In this document: positions 1 to 10,505 of the stretch, piece after piece
How the letters are laid out: each line of letters opens with the position of its first letter
How positions within the stretch are numbered: the first letter of the stretch is position 1
DNA from: a virus
Taxonomy: Duplodnaviria; Caudoviricetes
Length of the DNA: 64,000 bases
IMG/VR virus record: IMGVR_UViG_3300021255_002485
Coordinates: 1 to 64,000 of that record
Reading direction: 5' to 3' (one strand)
Notes under the pieces: generated by a model
Told to the model about the DNA's origin: nothing
The model's database searches: none
The model's input: only the letters and a program-made list of their open reading frames with translations
Position numbers and translations under genes: made by a program

Positions 1-122
1 AAGTAGTCATTTAGCTGTGGTGGCAAAGTGTGAGGCGAAAGCCAAGGATACGTGGGCGGGTGTATAGTACCGTAACCAATACTATACAATTTTATTTTTT
101 TTTTTTTGAAAGGAGGCACAAA

Positions 123-1718
123 ATGCCGAGATCAAAGAGCACTGATAGTGCCTCAAAACCTAAGACGGCTCAAGTTTCTGGACAAGTCGGTAGACCTAAT
201 CAGAATGTCGCTGCTATAAAAGAACGATTTCAACAAGAGCAAGAACGTCAAAAGCTGAATTATGCAAAAGCGTCTGAAGATAAAGTCAGACGTACTTTAA
301 GAGATCTTACAAGAAGTACGAATACAAGTTCAACCTTAAATTCAACAGATAAGGAAACCATCAAAGGATATCTTACAGGAAATTTGTATTCCAATTCAGC
401 AAATTTAGTTGCTGCCTCCAGATATTTATATTACCGCTCTCCTATTTACGCAAAAATGTGTAATTTATATGCGGATATGTATTGTCTGGATTGTCGGAAA
501 GTATCTCCTAATTATACTTTTGCTAAAGGATTAGACAAAAAAACGTTAAAAACTTTTGATAATACGCTTGATTTTTTGGATAAAATCAGTTTAAAAAACA
601 ATGCTGTTGGACCATTATTGAATATGTTTATTCAAGATGTTTCCTTTAATCTCTTCTTCCATGATGATACGGGAAGTCTTTTTTATAATGTCGATCCAAC
701 TGAGGCAGTTATTGATTCTGTATATATGGCAGATGGTGGTTCCTGTTATGGATTTGCTTTGGATATGTCAAAGTATCGAAGTGCTCAAAGACAAGCATTG
801 ATTGAATGGCTTGGAGATCCGCTCAAATCAATGTATCAGGAGTATTTAAGGACTAATGTTAAATATATACATGTTCCAGCGGAATACAGCATGGTTCTTA
901 AATTTCGTCAAGATTTATTCGATGTGATTATTCCGCCTTTACTTCCGTATTTGAGTCAATTAGCCAATCTAAATGATCTAATAGACAGTCAAGCTACTGC
1001 TGACGACTTGAGTTTCTATAAACTGATATATTTGCCACTTGATACATTAAATTCCGCTAAAAATTCGGATGATTGGAAAATAACACCCGATTTGGCGATT
1101 GATTATTTCAAGATTGCTGCCGATCAAGCTATTCCCAAAGGTGTAAGTAGTGCGGTGATTCCCGGAGAGGAATTGAAAACCATAGAGTTTTCAGACAATG
1201 TATCTGAAGATGTCAATCGTGTTGAGAACTCGCAACAACAGATTCTTGGCGGTGCAGGTGGTGCAGGGGCATTGCTTAATGCTAATAAAGCGGTCAACAA
1301 TACCGAATTAATAAAATCAGCTCTCAAAGCAGAATCCGCTTATGTATTAACGGGAGTTTTAGGACAACTAGAGGCTTGGACAAATCTGCAACTCTCTCTA
1401 AATCTGTCTGATCATTGTCATGTGCAGTATTCGCCTGTAACTATTTTTACCAAAGAGGATTATAGAAAGACTCTTTTGGAATCCAATCAATATGGTTACA
1501 TGTATCGTTTGGAATATGGCACATTAATGGGATATACAGAAAGACAAACTATGGCTGAATTGATGTTTGAGTCTGAAATGCTCGGTCTTCAAAATCTAAT
1601 GGTATACCCTCTTGTTTCAAGCTATACACAAAGCGGAAACGAAAATGATGAAGGAGGTCACCCTCTTACCCCAGATGACGAACTCAGTCCTAGTGGAGAG
1701 CGTAGTAGAAATCAGTGA
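123..1718 (+). CDS. phage portal protein (probable)
   Basis: AGGAGG RBS before ATG at 123 (track start 30 is upstream of it). ~530 aa, first gene of the head module, ahead of protease and capsid genes. Acidic Gly/Pro C-terminal tail typical of portals. Confidence 0.7.
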   Translation: MPRSKSTDSASKPKTAQVSGQVGRPNQNVAAIKERFQQEQERQKLNYAKASEDKVRRTLRDLTRSTNTSSTLNSTDKETIKGYLTGNLYSNSANLVAASRYLYYRSPIYAKMCNLYADMYCLDCRKVSPNYTFAKGLDKKTLKTFDNTLDFLDKISLKNNAVGPLLNMFIQDVSFNLFFHDDTGSLFYNVDPTEAVIDSVYMADGGSCYGFALDMSKYRSAQRQALIEWLGDPLKSMYQEYLRTNVKYIHVPAEYSMVLKFRQDLFDVIIPPLLPYLSQLANLNDLIDSQATADDLSFYKLIYLPLDTLNSAKNSDDWKITPDLAIDYFKIAADQAIPKGVSSAVIPGEELKTIEFSDNVSEDVNRVENSQQQILGGAGGAGALLNANKAVNNTELIKSALKAESAYVLTGVLGQLEAWTNLQLSLNLSDHCHVQYSPVTIFTKEDYRKTLLESNQYGYMYRLEYGTLMGYTERQTMAELMFESEMLGLQNLMVYPLVSSYTQSGNENDEGGHPLTPDDELSPSGERSRNQ

Positions 1719-1735
1719 TTAAAAGGAAATGATAT

Positions 1736-1912
1736 ATGAAAGAACAATTTATAAAAACCTCAGACGAGGACACTGCCTCAAAGCTGAGAGGCCTCGGCTT
1801 TACGGCAATTGCTCAAGAAGGTAAGTATTTCGTTTTCTTGAACGATGGAAAACAGAATTTTTCTCAAGAAGACGACGAAAAGATAGTAAAAACAGATATT
1901 TTATGCATCTAA
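1736..1912 (+). CDS. small hypothetical protein (58 aa, MKEQFIKTSDEDTASKL...), absent from ORF track
   Basis: Hand-translated open frame preceded by AAAGGA RBS. Fills the portal-protease gap. Confidence 0.65.
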   Translation: MKEQFIKTSDEDTASKLRGLGFTAIAQEGKYFVFLNDGKQNFSQEDDEKIVKTDILCI

Positions 1913-1927
1913 CAGAGGTATATTAAC

Positions 1928-3505
1928 ATGAAAAAGCGCAAGTTACTCACGATTGAGGATCTTGTGCGTTTCTGTCAAGAACAAAAAGTAGTAAGGTTTA
2001 GTTCTAAACAATCGGGTTATCAACTCGCCGTACAAATTCCAACCACATTCGAAATTGAAGATGCCGATGATGACAATCATCGCGGGATGGTACGCGTAAA
2101 ATTTAGGATCTTTCACTCTGGGTTGAACCGTAACGGCAGTTATGTTTCCGAAGAAGCAGCTAATGAAGCGGCTCCTACAATTGCTGATAGACCGATTTTG
2201 GCTGCTATTCATCAGCTTGATGATGGTTCTTGGGATTTTGAAGCGCATGAAATGGAAATCGTGAAGAATGATGATGGAGAAGAAGAAATCAATTACATCG
2301 AAAAGCAGATTGGTTCTTTTTCTTCCGAACCTCCTTTCTGGGAACACGATGATGAACTTGATAAAGATTATCTATGTGCTTACGGATATATAGCCGAAGA
2401 TTATACAAAAGCGGCTGATATTTTACGTGAAAAAGGTGGTACGACAAAGAATAGTTGCGAATTAACCATTGAAAATATAGCTTTTAACGCAAAAGAGAAA
2501 TACTTAGATCTGAAGAAGTTTTACGTCTCTGCTTCAACTTTACTTGGTTCCAGAGATGATGGAACTCCAATTGGTGAAGGTATGTTGGGTTCAAGAGCTG
2601 ATATGGTCGAGTTTAGCAAGGATAAAAATTCCGTTCAGTTTGAATCCAATGAGGATCTAAAACAGTTTATCCAAGACTCCATAAAAGAGGCTTTAGATAA
2701 TATAAATTCTACCGGAAAGGAGGAAAATCAAATGGATTTCGAAGAGAATGTTAAAGTAACAGAGACTGCTGAAGAGGAAACTGTTGTCGAAGAGGCTACT
2801 GCTACCGAAGAGGTTGTCGAAGAAACTGCGACTGAAGAATCCACCGATGAGACGGATGCTACCGAGGCACAGACCGAGGAAACCAATGATGAAGCTCCTT
2901 CTGAGGAAGAAAAGTTTTCTAAGACATTTGAGATATCTCACGAAGATATACGTTGTGCCTTATATGCTTTGATTGCTCCTTATGAAGAGCAGGATAATGA
3001 TTGGTACGGCATATCTGCTGTATATGATGATCACTTCATATATGAGGGATGGTTAAATGAATCGAATAAGTTCCGTCAGAATTATAAGAAAGACGGAGAC
3101 GACGTAGTTCTTGATGGCGAACGAGTTCATATGAATGTCGAGTATCTGACAGACTCAGAACTGGCATCGCTTAATGAAATGCGTTCTAACTATGCCGCAG
3201 TATCTGATGAACTTGCAAAATTTAAGGCTGAGCCGGAGAAAATGTCGGTTCTTAATAGCGATGAATATTCTTCTATCGCTGATTCTGATGAATTTGTTGC
3301 TTTTAAGAAACAGGATGCTCATTTTGATATGAGTGTTGAAGAAGTTCGTTCTAAGGCAGATGAGATGTTACTGAATGCTGCTAAAACTGGAAATGTAAAC
3401 TTCAAAGTTGCAGATGAAAAGTCTGGAATATCTATGCTTCCATTGCCTATGAATAGTAAAGCTACTAAGGCAGGTAGATACGGAAGCCTTTTTAGTAAAA
3501 ATTGA
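1928..3505 (+). CDS. prohead protease / scaffold fusion
   Basis: N-terminal HSGLNRNGS and NSCEL motifs resemble HK97-type prohead proteases. Very acidic E/T-rich linker and helical C-terminus are scaffold-like. Lies between portal and capsid genes. Confidence 0.7.
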   Translation: MKKRKLLTIEDLVRFCQEQKVVRFSSKQSGYQLAVQIPTTFEIEDADDDNHRGMVRVKFRIFHSGLNRNGSYVSEEAANEAAPTIADRPILAAIHQLDDGSWDFEAHEMEIVKNDDGEEEINYIEKQIGSFSSEPPFWEHDDELDKDYLCAYGYIAEDYTKAADILREKGGTTKNSCELTIENIAFNAKEKYLDLKKFYVSASTLLGSRDDGTPIGEGMLGSRADMVEFSKDKNSVQFESNEDLKQFIQDSIKEALDNINSTGKEENQMDFEENVKVTETAEEETVVEEATATEEVVEETATEESTDETDATEAQTEETNDEAPSEEEKFSKTFEISHEDIRCALYALIAPYEEQDNDWYGISAVYDDHFIYEGWLNESNKFRQNYKKDGDDVVLDGERVHMNVEYLTDSELASLNEMRSNYAAVSDELAKFKAEPEKMSVLNSDEYSSIADSDEFVAFKKQDAHFDMSVEEVRSKADEMLLNAAKTGNVNFKVADEKSGISMLPLPMNSKATKAGRYGSLFSKN

Positions 3506-3596
3506 ATATTTAGACATTAATTGTCTTTATATATGACGTAAAAGAGGCTTATGGCCTCTTATTTTATTTCCAAAATTTTGAAAGGAGAAATATATC

Positions 3597-4070
3597 ATGA
3601 AAGTTGATATAACCAAGGGTTCTCATGTAAAGAGTTTCCCTAATAAGATAGCATCCATGATGGGTACATATGGACATGTGTACAATCTGGTACTTCAGTC
3701 AGATACAGATAATGGTGCTCTGGCTTCAAGAGGCGATTATGTTTCCTTTGATCAGTACGAGCAGGATACTGTAGCCGCAAATGCTGTAGAAGTTACTGTT
3801 CGTGAACTTATGGCTGATGGAACATGGCTTGTCGAGGTAACAAAGCTTCCTGCAACTGAGGTTCTTTATGTTTATAACAGTCCTGTTAGCGAGTACAACG
3901 AGAGAGAATTCCAGGATGAGGCTCTTATGTACAATGAGGCAGGATCGGTCGCACAGGGCGCAACTCTGATAATAGGTGACTTATTCACTCTTTCTAAAAA
4001 TGCGTTCACTGGCACTGTTGCTGTTGGTGCTGTTGCAAAATACACGGCTGCTGGTAAGTACGCAATCTAA
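3597..4070 (+). CDS. capsid decoration/associated protein
   Basis: Strong RBS, 157 aa, immediately upstream of the major capsid gene. Confidence 0.55.
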   Translation: MKVDITKGSHVKSFPNKIASMMGTYGHVYNLVLQSDTDNGALASRGDYVSFDQYEQDTVAANAVEVTVRELMADGTWLVEVTKLPATEVLYVYNSPVSEYNEREFQDEALMYNEAGSVAQGATLIIGDLFTLSKNAFTGTVAVGAVAKYTAAGKYAI

Positions 4071-4096
4071 TTTGAGGAAAGGAGGAATTATTAGTC

Positions 4097-5191
4097 ATGA
4101 AGAATTTTAATGAGCATACAATGGCTGTATTTTCAGCTATGAATACAAATTATGACGAGATGAATAATCTCATGCAGGATCTTGCACTTGGACGCGAGAT
4201 ATATGATGCTGAGTCTGAGCGCAAGATATCTAAGGCTGAGGCAAACGCTAAAATCCTTGATTTCTCTCGTCAGATACTTGGTATAACTGATATTAAGGAC
4301 GCAACCGAGGTTCGTAGAGCCTGGAGAGACAATGGTCGTCAGTGGTTTGATATCATTGAGGATACTGTAAATGTAGCAGTGACCGTTGGACTTCAGGAGA
4401 ATGATTGGTTTAACGAGCTCGTTGAGTCAAAGACTATCGGATATCATGATCGTCAGGATTTCTATGTAGAGAACGATGCTATCCTGTCAGTTGCAAAGGC
4501 TGGTACGTCGCATCACGATCATGTCCTTCAGAGACTTGGAGCTGGTCAGCTCATATCTATTCCTACGGAACTTCATGTAGTTAAGGTCGGTGCTGATATC
4601 AATAAGTACATTGCTGGTCAGGTTGATTGGACAAAGCTTATTGATGCTATAACGACTGCATATATAGCTGATATTCAGAAGGATGTATTCGCACAGGTTG
4701 CAGTTGCAGTTAACCAGCTTCCCGCAACATTTAAAGGAACAGGTACTCTTAACAAGACTCAATTTGATAACATAATCGAGAATGTTAGTCTTGCAAACAA
4801 CGGAGCAGAGGTTGTTCTTATGGCAACAAGAGCTGGTGTTGGCGCAATAAATGGTATTCAGACTGTTCAGTATATAGCTGATTTCCAGAAGGATAATCAT
4901 GCAAATTCTGGATCTATAGGAATTTATGAGGGTAATAGAGTTATCTTCGTTCCCAACCGTTTCTCTGATAATACTATGACATCTAAGATATTCGTTGATC
5001 AGATCATGATCCTTCCCGTTATTGGTGATGCCGGTAAGTTCATCAAGTATATCGAAGAGGGAGATATCATGATTTCCGAGATCATGGATAGAGATTCTAA
5101 GTATACTTCTGATATTCAGACATACGAAGTTCAGCGTAGGTATGGTACTGGCGTTGTTCTTGGTAGAAAGTTTGGAGCTTGGACTCTGTAA
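4097..5191 (+). CDS. major capsid protein
   Basis: 364 aa, strong AGGAGG RBS, position after protease and decoration genes, followed by a strong terminator hairpin. Confidence 0.75.
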   Translation: MKNFNEHTMAVFSAMNTNYDEMNNLMQDLALGREIYDAESERKISKAEANAKILDFSRQILGITDIKDATEVRRAWRDNGRQWFDIIEDTVNVAVTVGLQENDWFNELVESKTIGYHDRQDFYVENDAILSVAKAGTSHHDHVLQRLGAGQLISIPTELHVVKVGADINKYIAGQVDWTKLIDAITTAYIADIQKDVFAQVAVAVNQLPATFKGTGTLNKTQFDNIIENVSLANNGAEVVLMATRAGVGAINGIQTVQYIADFQKDNHANSGSIGIYEGNRVIFVPNRFSDNTMTSKIFVDQIMILPVIGDAGKFIKYIEEGDIMISEIMDRDSKYTSDIQTYEVQRRYGTGVVLGRKFGAWTL

Positions 5192-5199
5192 TAATATGC

Positions 5200-5226
5200 A
5201 AAGGGGAGTTGCTATACTCCCCTTTT
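5200..5226 (+). terminator. intrinsic terminator after capsid gene
   Basis: AAAGGGGAGT-tgctat-ACTCCCCTTTT hairpin with U-tail. Confidence 0.7.
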
Positions 5227-5246
5227 ATGACTAAAAGGAGAAAATT

Positions 5247-5801
5247 ATGCCTAAGCAAAAGTTTATAACTGACAATGAGAATGAAGTTGTCGAGACAAAG
5301 TCGGAAAATACTGTTGAAAGAAAGCCGGAGAAAAAGCGTGTATTTGAGCAAACTGATGGTGTCGCTTGTAGATCTGTAATACAGGGTGGTCTTTATATGG
5401 AAGGCCAAAAGACAAAGATTGATTATTCTTGGAACGATTATGGTGATATTTCTGAAGTAGAATACAGAGATTTGGTTGCTGAAGTAAGATCCAAATCAAG
5501 ATTTGTCTTTAATCCTTGGTTCATTATAGAGGATGAGGATTTTCTTAAAGAATTTCCGCAAGTAAAGCAGTTTTATGATTCTTCGTATACTATCAAGGAC
5601 TTGATTCAGATTTTGAATATGCCTGCTGATAAGATGATTGAAGAAATCAAGAAACTCCCTAAAGGTCCTGCTGATACTGTGAAATCGCTTGCCGCTAAAC
5701 AGGTTTCAAATGGAACACTTGATAGCGTGAAAAAGATTAAGGCACTCGACGAGTATTTCGGAACAGATCTCAATCTCATGGCCAGTATATCAGACGATTA
5801 A
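5247..5801 (+). CDS. conserved head-module hypothetical protein
   Basis: RBS AAAGGAG, 184 aa, in the structural operon. Confidence 0.6.
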   Translation: MPKQKFITDNENEVVETKSENTVERKPEKKRVFEQTDGVACRSVIQGGLYMEGQKTKIDYSWNDYGDISEVEYRDLVAEVRSKSRFVFNPWFIIEDEDFLKEFPQVKQFYDSSYTIKDLIQILNMPADKMIEEIKKLPKGPADTVKSLAAKQVSNGTLDSVKKIKALDEYFGTDLNLMASISDD

Positions 5802-5817
5802 CAATTGGAGGTGAATT

Positions 5818-6282
5818 ATGACCTCTATTGATTATAATATGATATTTGAAAGCTTTCTAGGAGATATAACTGATTATGATTTTGCAAATCTTACTATGAG
5901 TGATTCATTCAATATAATGACTGAGTATCTTCATAAAGCCCTTGCTGAAGCTTATCTTAAACGTATCTTCTCTTCTCTTACATTAGATGATGAAACACAG
6001 GTTTTATCATATGAGTTAGTTCGAGTAGTAGACGAAGATAATGATAAGGAATTCGTTGTAGACATTATTGCGAAATGGATGGTATATGAATGGCTTCATA
6101 AGGAAGTACGCAGTAAGAATCTTACCGCTCAGTTCTTCGGAGGTAAGGAAGCGACATTTTATAGTCAAGCAAATCATATATCCGAATTACGAGGTATGAT
6201 GGACGATGCTTATAAAGAGGCTCGTTTCGCCATACAGGATAGGCTTTATATCAATAACTCCTATTTAACAGGAGGTGCTTGA
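5818..6282 (+). CDS. head-tail adaptor (probable)
   Basis: 154 aa helical protein located after the capsid genes. Confidence 0.5.
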   Translation: MTSIDYNMIFESFLGDITDYDFANLTMSDSFNIMTEYLHKALAEAYLKRIFSSLTLDDETQVLSYELVRVVDEDNDKEFVVDIIAKWMVYEWLHKEVRSKNLTAQFFGGKEATFYSQANHISELRGMMDDAYKEARFAIQDRLYINNSYLTGGA

Positions 6283-6625
6283 TATGATACAGCATAAATA
6301 CGGGCAATTCGAGGGCGAACAGGTTCATCTTACCAAAGAGAAACTTCGCAAAAAGATATATTTCCTGTTGCTAATAGCCGATCCGAATACTGCGGATAAT
6401 TATGACGTGGATGTGACAGCGGCTTTCAAAAACGTTCAGCATGTTCTTGATGGTTATAATTCTTTAGTAGGTTATCCGAAGGAGGTTGTAACTGTAGCAA
6501 GCTTACTTGAAAAGGCATTGCTCAATTATCAAGAAAACTTTGATTTTCAGCTTTATCGTAAGTTAGTGCTTGATGCTGGACGAGAGATTATGAATATCAA
6601 GGAGGTGAATGATGCCGAGCCTTGA
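6275..6625 (+). CDS. hypothetical neck-region protein
   Basis: GGAGG RBS, overlaps both neighbours. Confidence 0.55.
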   Translation: MLDMIQHKYGQFEGEQVHLTKEKLRKKIYFLLLIADPNTADNYDVDVTAAFKNVQHVLDGYNSLVGYPKEVVTVASLLEKALLNYQENFDFQLYRKLVLDAGREIMNIKEVNDAEP

Positions 6626-9057
6626 TATATATAAAAAGATGTTAAATGGTGCAAAAACAAGCGGTCAAGCGTATAAGATACAATCGGATGCCATAATGAA
6701 TTCTACATGGTGGAATGATATTTCAAGCCGTGTAGGTTATTTATTTGATATGTATCATGATCCTGATCCGCATTTGTTAAGAGGTTTGGAGCCATTTACA
6801 TATAAAGATATATTTCCAATTGATATAAAATATTTAAAGCACACTTCTCAAACATATGATAAAGACCATGTAACTTATCATTTACAATTCAGACCTGGAC
6901 AGAAATGCAATGTTCCATATTTTCAACAGTATGTTGATATGTATGATATTGAATGGCCGTTGGGGTTATATGTATTAATTGAAAACGAAAGTGGTCGTTG
7001 GGATAGGTGGCTGATTGTCGATAAGGCAAATACAGAAAACACGCAATTCCCTACATATGAAATACTGAAGTGTGATTACTGCTTCCAGTACATTATGGAA
7101 AATAAAAGAATGGAAGTAGCCGGTGTTTTAAGATCCCAGAATTCGTAAATTTGTGCGCTTCATAGGGGAAACTCTATGTCGAAAGTTCTCTAATTGCGGG
7201 GAGTTCCTTAGAGTCAACATGCTACAACGTAAAGATGAAATAAACTTAGACGTGAATGCTTTAAAAAGTTGTTGAATTGGATAATCGACGCAACGAAGTT
7301 CCGAATAGGAATGTGTTCAACGAGTATATGGTCAAGTGATCTTAACGGGAACCACCTAAGTCTAATATAGATATGGTGTTGATGTACTCTGAACATCTAC
7401 CGAAAGGTAGAGAAAAATTATTTATATTAAATTGATAATTAAGACAGGACATGGGGTAGCTCCCCTTTCTTTGTGCTCCGAAAACAAAGATTACTGTCTT
7501 TTTATATTGTTTATTTTTCGGAGGAATAAATATATGGGTAAATTTACAGAACAACAATTATTAGATATTCGTGAATCATATGTCAATGGAGAATCTTCGG
7601 TTAAAATAGGAAAGAGATACGGCGTATCTCATAAACCAATATTAAAAGAATTGCATAATATGGGAATAGAAGTAGATCAAAAAAGATTCGCTAGAAAATA
7701 CAAACTGGATGAATCTTTTTTTGATGATATAAATACTCCTAATAAAGCTTATATTATGGGTTTTTTGCATTCTGATGGTTCAAATAATATGAATAAATCG
7801 ACAATATCTATTTCTTTGCAAGAAGAAGATAAAGATATTTTGGAGCAAATAAGAACAGAAATAAAAAGTGAAAAACCTTTGGAATCTTTAGATTATTCTA
7901 ATAAGCATGATTTTGGATATACACATAAAAATCAGTATAGATTAATTATGTTTAGTAAACACATGTGTAAAGAGTTAAATAATAAAGGTATTACGCCTAA
8001 TAAAAGTCTAACAATAGGTTTTCCACATTGGTTGGATAATGAATTATTACCACATTATATACGCGGAGTTTATGATGGAGATGGAAGTGTATATAGAGCA
8101 TATAGAAACGATAATAATTTACCAATTACTGTTACTATTACTGCTACAAAATCTTTTTGTGAAGATTTAAAAGATATTTGCAAAGAAAAATTAAATATAT
8201 CAGCTGGAATATATGATGCTTCTTGCCATAATGGAATAACAAAAGTATTTACATTAAGCGGTAGGAATATAGCAAAAAAATTTCTCGATTGGATATATCA
8301 AGATGCTGATTTATTTCTTCAACGTAAATATGAGCGTTATTGTAAATATTATAATATAAATAATTCTTTATCGGCCTAACGAACCGATAAAGTAACTGAT
8401 GACAATAGTGGGATTTGGACGGATTACCGTGTGACGACTGTCGAAGACGTTCAGAAGTTCGTAATCCCTCTTAATCGAGACACCGAAAAGATATTTTATA
8501 CTGAAAACGGAGAAAATCTTCGCTTTCTTATTGATGCAAAAGTAAAAACCGAACCAAGAGCCTATACTGTTTCTAAAGTAAACAGATTATCTCCTAATGG
8601 CTTGGTTAGAGTTACCCTTGCTGAAAAATTGTTTGATGCAAACAGAGACTATATCGAATTAGATGATGATGGCAATGTAATTGGATTATGGGCTGATTAC
8701 TGGAAACATAATCTCACACCCTCTTCTTCCGATGAAAAACCTCTTCGTATTCGCTCCGAAATAACTTATTCCGGTTCAAAACCCGAAATAAAGCTTAATG
8801 GAAGTGCGAAGAAATTTACAGTTACATTCTATAAGGATGATGAGATAACAACGTTTCAACATGGAGATTGGAAATTTACTATAGATGGTCAAGATGTATC
8901 TGATGTATTAGATATAAATACAGATGGCCTTGATGAGAATCAGATTAAAATAAAAATCAAGGCTAATGAAGTTTATATAGGTAAAACTTTAACCGTAGCC
9001 TATATTAGCTTTACTGGTATAACTTCTAGTACGGAGATCAATATAATCGGGATTTAG
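6609..9057 (+). CDS. neck/head-closure-type virion protein split by a group I intron (exons 6609-7146 and 8402-9057, ~397 aa spliced)
   Basis: Splicing T7146|A8402 restores ...SQNS-Y-NSGIWTDY... in frame with ORF 8431-9057. Confidence 0.8.
7147..8401 (+). mobile_element. group I intron A (1255 nt) with LAGLIDADG endonuclease
   Basis: P1 CGU/GCG with U.G at the splice site. P10 UUGU pairs with exon ACAA. P element AAUUGCGGGGA, P7 GAGUA 7322-7326 / UACUC 7385-7389, terminal G8401, in-frame ligation. Confidence 0.9.
7534..8379 (+). CDS. intron-encoded LAGLIDADG homing endonuclease with N-terminal HTH-like segment
   Basis: Two motifs, AYIMGFLHSDGS and HYIRGVYDGDGS. GGAGG RBS before ATG 7534. 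Confidence 0.9.
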   Translation: MGKFTEQQLLDIRESYVNGESSVKIGKRYGVSHKPILKELHNMGIEVDQKRFARKYKLDESFFDDINTPNKAYIMGFLHSDGSNNMNKSTISISLQEEDKDILEQIRTEIKSEKPLESLDYSNKHDFGYTHKNQYRLIMFSKHMCKELNNKGITPNKSLTIGFPHWLDNELLPHYIRGVYDGDGSVYRAYRNDNNLPITVTITATKSFCEDLKDICKEKLNISAGIYDASCHNGITKVFTLSGRNIAKKFLDWIYQDADLFLQRKYERYCKYYNINNSLSA

Positions 9058-9066
9058 GAGGTAGTT

Positions 9067-9657
9067 ATGACTTACACAGAAGAAGACAAGAATTATCTCC
9101 GTTCATTCCGTAATACTCTTGATTACGACGGCATCAAAGTTAAACAACAAATTAAACAAGCTTTATTAGAAAATAAGCATATAATACACGTTCTCAATAA
9201 TAAGAAACTTGAAGAAGAAGAGGCTGAGCCGGATGATTATTTTGGTGATAATATATTACCGTATTATCTTATCCATCCCACACAGACCTCTGTTAAGAAC
9301 TTCTTAACGTTTCAAGTTAATTATACATCTATCCCTCAATACAACAAGCTCACAAAATATTTACAGATTATATTTATTGTTCTCTGTGAGCAGCAAAATA
9401 TTATAGATAAGGACACGAGTTTACCCCGTCATGACTTATTAGCAGCTCTCATACAAGATCAATTTAACTATACAAATATTTGTGGTCAAAAGATTCAGTT
9501 GGTTTCCGATAGAGAGCTAGTTGTAGATACTAACTACGCTGCACGAGAGCTAACATTCGAACAGCTTACTGATAATAACCTTGTCCGTACACGTAACGGA
9601 ATTCCTCGTTTATCAAATAAGGATTTTTATGCCAAAATCCCGCAATCCAAAGATTGA
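9067..9657 (+). CDS. tail terminator/completion protein (probable)
   Basis: AGGAGG RBS, 196 aa, upstream of the major tail gene. Confidence 0.5.
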   Translation: MTYTEEDKNYLRSFRNTLDYDGIKVKQQIKQALLENKHIIHVLNNKKLEEEEAEPDDYFGDNILPYYLIHPTQTSVKNFLTFQVNYTSIPQYNKLTKYLQIIFIVLCEQQNIIDKDTSLPRHDLLAALIQDQFNYTNICGQKIQLVSDRELVVDTNYAARELTFEQLTDNNLVRTRNGIPRLSNKDFYAKIPQSKD

Positions 9658-10432
9658 GTTTGACAGGCTTCAAATGTATTTTCGGGAACCCTATGTCATT
9701 GACGTAGAGTCCGCTGAAGGACAGTTGACACTTTATCAGCCTACAATTGGGGATTTAGTACGTATAGGACAAAAAAGGTTTTTTCAGACATTAACGATAT
9801 TTACTACGAATACAACGCAAAATCGACTTATGCTCTGGGATAATGGAATTGATTGGAATGTATTGAGCGATTTCGAACTCTTCTGTTCGTTTATTTCAGT
9901 TATTGATCCAGAAATATCTGCTCTGTTTTTCGGAAATATAAAACTAGAAGATTTTGCTATGTATAGTAAGACCAATGGCATACAAGAGTTTAAGGTTCTC
10001 TATAATAAGTCTGCAAATGTTGAGATAGATGAAAACGTGTATTTCCATATTAGTCAATATATTAGGACTATGTTTAATATGAATCCCGAGGAAAAGATTA
10101 CGTCTGATCCCATATTGAAAAAATGGTATATAGACAAGGATAGGCGACAAGTAAAAATAGATAAAGAAAAAGAAGCAAAGGGTAAAACCGAGGAAGATAC
10201 TTCTATGATTTCAATGATAAGTGCCTATGTTAATCATCCGGGAACAAAATACAAAACGAGTGAACTTAAAGAAGTTGGGGTTTACGAGTTTTATGACGCT
10301 CTTCAAAGACTTCAGATTTACGAGCAAAGTACAGCTCTACTCAAAGGGATATATGGCGGTATGATCGACGGAAGTAAAATAAAGAGCGAAGAATGCAACT
10401 TTATGAGAGATATTATATCTTCTACCAAATAA
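9629..10432 (+). CDS. tail-module protein (possible assembly chaperone)
   Basis: Likely start MPKSRNPK at 9629, in the tail module. Confidence 0.5.
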   Translation: MPKSRNPKIEFDRLQMYFREPYVIDVESAEGQLTLYQPTIGDLVRIGQKRFFQTLTIFTTNTTQNRLMLWDNGIDWNVLSDFELFCSFISVIDPEISALFFGNIKLEDFAMYSKTNGIQEFKVLYNKSANVEIDENVYFHISQYIRTMFNMNPEEKITSDPILKKWYIDKDRRQVKIDKEKEAKGKTEEDTSMISMISAYVNHPGTKYKTSELKEVGVYEFYDALQRLQIYEQSTALLKGIYGGMIDGSKIKSEECNFMRDIISSTK

Positions 10433-10505
10433 GGTAGTTATAAATATACAAGAAATTAATGAGAGGTCGAACCTCTCTTTTTTTATTTAGAAAGGAGATA
10501 CAATT

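Noticed and set aside
95-107. 13-T homopolymer as a phase-variation tract in the portal gene
   Set aside because: It lies upstream of the real start (123) and follows a hairpin, so it is a terminator tail. Its length may also be a sequencing artefact.
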